A stretch of DNA of 64,000 nt from Felis catus (lineage: Eukaryota): positions 25,670,001-25,734,000 of the forward strand of contig NC_058383.1 in assembly GCF_018350175.1 (NCBI RefSeq). Direction: 5' to 3'. The notes under the pieces are model-generated. The model was not told where the DNA came from and did not search any database. It saw only the letters and a list, made by a program, of their open reading frames with translations. The position numbers were made by a program, and so were the translations under genes. Below are positions 61,590 through 64,000 of the stretch, one piece after another (the stretch's first letter is position 1; every line of letters starts with the position of its first letter).

Positions 61590-64000
61590 CTGAGCCACCC
61601 AGGATCCCTGGTATCTGATAATTTATAAACTTGGTAAAACATACAAAACCATTAAAAATGTGATGCTTTTGCAATGTTTGAAGGAACAGGTAGAAACCTC
61701 AAGGGGAAAATACAGTGGGGCACATTTGCTATAAATTTTGATGAGGCAAATTTGAAATTGCTCAATACCAAAAGCTAACAATGTCTCCAAGGGGAACACT
61801 AAAGCTCTGTCTGTTGGTGCCAGAAGTCGACCACGATGATGTTTCTAAAGGTAAGGTGGAAACCAGGTTCTTTCATTCACCATCTCTGTCCCTTTTTTCC
61901 CTCTTATCTTTCTGTAAAAAAGTATTTTGGAAGAACAAATAACTCTTGTTTTACATCTATTCCTGATTGAGGCCTTCCACAGTACATCCTTAAATGTGAC
62001 TGCCTTTTACAAAATCCAATCATGTCCATTACCGCAACTAAGTTATGGCCCAGCATCTTGACTATGTTTAAAAACAAAAAAACAACTACATGTAAAATGA
62101 TTAAGAGGAAATGGGTGAATTTTTGTTTTCCCAAATGTCTACAATACACATGTATTGCTATCCAATTGGGAAAAACTTTCTTTCTAGAAGAATTATAAGA
62201 AAATATACCAGACAGGGGCGCCCGGGTGGCTCAGTCAGTTAGGCTTCTGACTTCAGCTCAGGTCATGATTTCATGGTTTCTGAGTTCGAGTCTTGTGTCG
62301 GGCTCTGTGCTAACAGCTCAGAGCCTGGAGCCTGCTTTGGATTCTGTGTCTCCCTCTCTGTTTGCCCCTATCCTGCTCGCACTCTGTCTCTCTCTCTCTC
62401 TCAAAAATAAATAAACATTGAAAAAAAAAAACAGAAGAATAAGAAGGACTATCAATAGAATGAATGCCTATATAATATTAGTGCAATCAGAGCTAAAAGA
62501 TTGGGAAAGGTAGGAAGGAAAAAATTGGGGCCAAATGGCCAACAGGAAGTTAGCTGCAGGAGTCCGGGAGGTGCAACCCTCCCCAGTATGGCTAGACCCG
62601 GCACTGGGAGACCCTGAGAGATCCACCTGAAGGTGAAGTTGCCCTCATAGAGGTACCATTCCAAAAATATTAATGAAATGGGCACTAGGAAGTTTCTGAC
62701 TGGAGAAATGCTAGAAAAATTATGCTTCCCCTTCAGTTTGCTTGAATGTAGAAGAGTAGACTTTGAAGTCAAGCAGACCCAGTCTTCAAATCCTGGCTCT
62801 GCCATTTAAGAGCTGGGTGACCTCCACCTCCGGCCTAATTTGCTCATTTGAACTGAAAGTATAATCATCTCAACCTCACAAAGTCCTTATTAATGTACGG
62901 GCACCTGGCCGGCTCAGTCAGTGTGACTCTTGATCTCAGGGTTATGAGTTCAAGCCGCACATTGGGTATAGAGATTACTTAAAAATAAAATATTTTTTAA
63001 AAATTAAAAAAATAAAGGATATAATGTATTTAAAGTGCTGGGTGCAAGGATTGACATGTATGTAGTGGGTACTCAACTAATGTGACTTCTTTTCCCCTAC
63101 GTGGACTGTAGAAATATAAGCTAAAATGCTGCTAGAGAGTTCACTTAGCATTTAAAAAAATTCATAAGGGGCTCCTGGGTGGTTCAGTCAGTTGAGTGTC
63201 CAACTTCGGCTCAGGTCATGATCTCGCAGTTTGTGAGTTCGAGCCCCTCGTCGGGCTCTGTGCTGACAACTCAGAGCCTGGAGCCTGCTTTGGATTCTGT
63301 CTCCCTCTCTCTCTGCCCCTCCCCCACTTGTGCTCTGTCTCTCTGTGTCTATCAAAAATAAATAAAATGTAAAAACAAATTTTTTTTTAAATTCATACCA
63401 TCTCACTCATCTGCAAGGTATTTCTCTTGCAAGCTCGCTATCAAAGAGAGTTAAGAACTTGAAAGTAAGCAGAAGCCAGTGTAGATGTTCAGAAACTCTG
63501 TTGTTTCAGTCATAGGAGAGCCTCTGCAACCTCTCTCAGAACAATGTGTGCTCGTTCATTCTTTAAGCCTCATTCTGGCAAATTGAACTATTAGATATCC
63601 CAAGAGTATAACTGAGTTTAGGAACGCATTGGTGTGTCCCAATGGCTGATAATTACATTAAAAAGTGTGCAACATCATTCGTCATCACGGAAATTAAAGG
63701 CATGATGAGAGAGCTAATGCACAGTCACCAGCATGGTTAAAATGAAAGAGATTCACCATACCAAGTGTTAGCAAGGATGAAAGGAAGTGGAACACTCCTG
63801 TTTCATGAGTGTGAATGGGAAAATGGTGCAACCACTTTAGAAAATGATTTGGCAGTATCCTCTAAAATCAAATATTATATATACTCCCGGACCCATCAAC
63901 TCCACTCCTGGACAGTCTGCCAACTGAAGTGAATATTTAAAGCCAGAAAACACATACAGGGATGTTCATAAAAGCGGCATTTTTCATAATAGCCCAAAAC

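Noticed and set aside
498..63370. tRNA genes suggested by A-box/B-box-like heads (TGGCTCAGTCGG, GTTCGAGCC)
   Set aside because: These are tRNA-derived SINE heads followed by (CT)n and poly-A.
545..63406. Many 60-150 aa ORFs with MAQSVKRPTSAQVMIS..., GAPGWRSRLSVRLQPGHDL... or FLGQRETEHERGRG... motifs
   Set aside because: Translations of CAN-SINE copies, not a protein family.

Overview
Eukaryotic (mammalian) genomic DNA, almost certainly from a felid: it is dense in tRNA-derived CAN-SINEs, including near-consensus felid-type copies. It holds one complete gene, GPRC5B, on the + strand: a CpG-island non-coding exon 1 ending at 30972 and coding exons 39368-40373, 49225-49337 and 50710-50754, giving 387 aa. 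The 3' terminal coding exon of the tail-to-tail neighbour IQCK lies on the - strand (54681-54715). The first ~29 kb is intergenic and repeat-rich (SINEs, L1 3' ends, MaLR/ERV LTRs, MER DNA transposons). Nearly all other ORFs in the track are SINE/L1 read-throughs or GC-rich shadow frames. I found no new multi-gene system. The best-supported unusual structure is a ~1.4-kb inversion between two oppositely oriented, partly homogenised solo LTRs (13024-15467), shown by a split target-site duplication and a split host element. Other candidates: loss of the ancestral GPRC5B acceptor and first ATG, which leaves a 1014-nt exon 2 that would be a stop-less ORF if circularised and is flanked by inverted young SINEs; a PTAPPSY late-domain-like C-terminus; a candidate alternative last exon overlapping IQCK; and several regulatory motif arrays. 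Gene and repeat-family names and human comparisons come from recall, not from searches; repeat boundaries are approximate unless a TSD is quoted.
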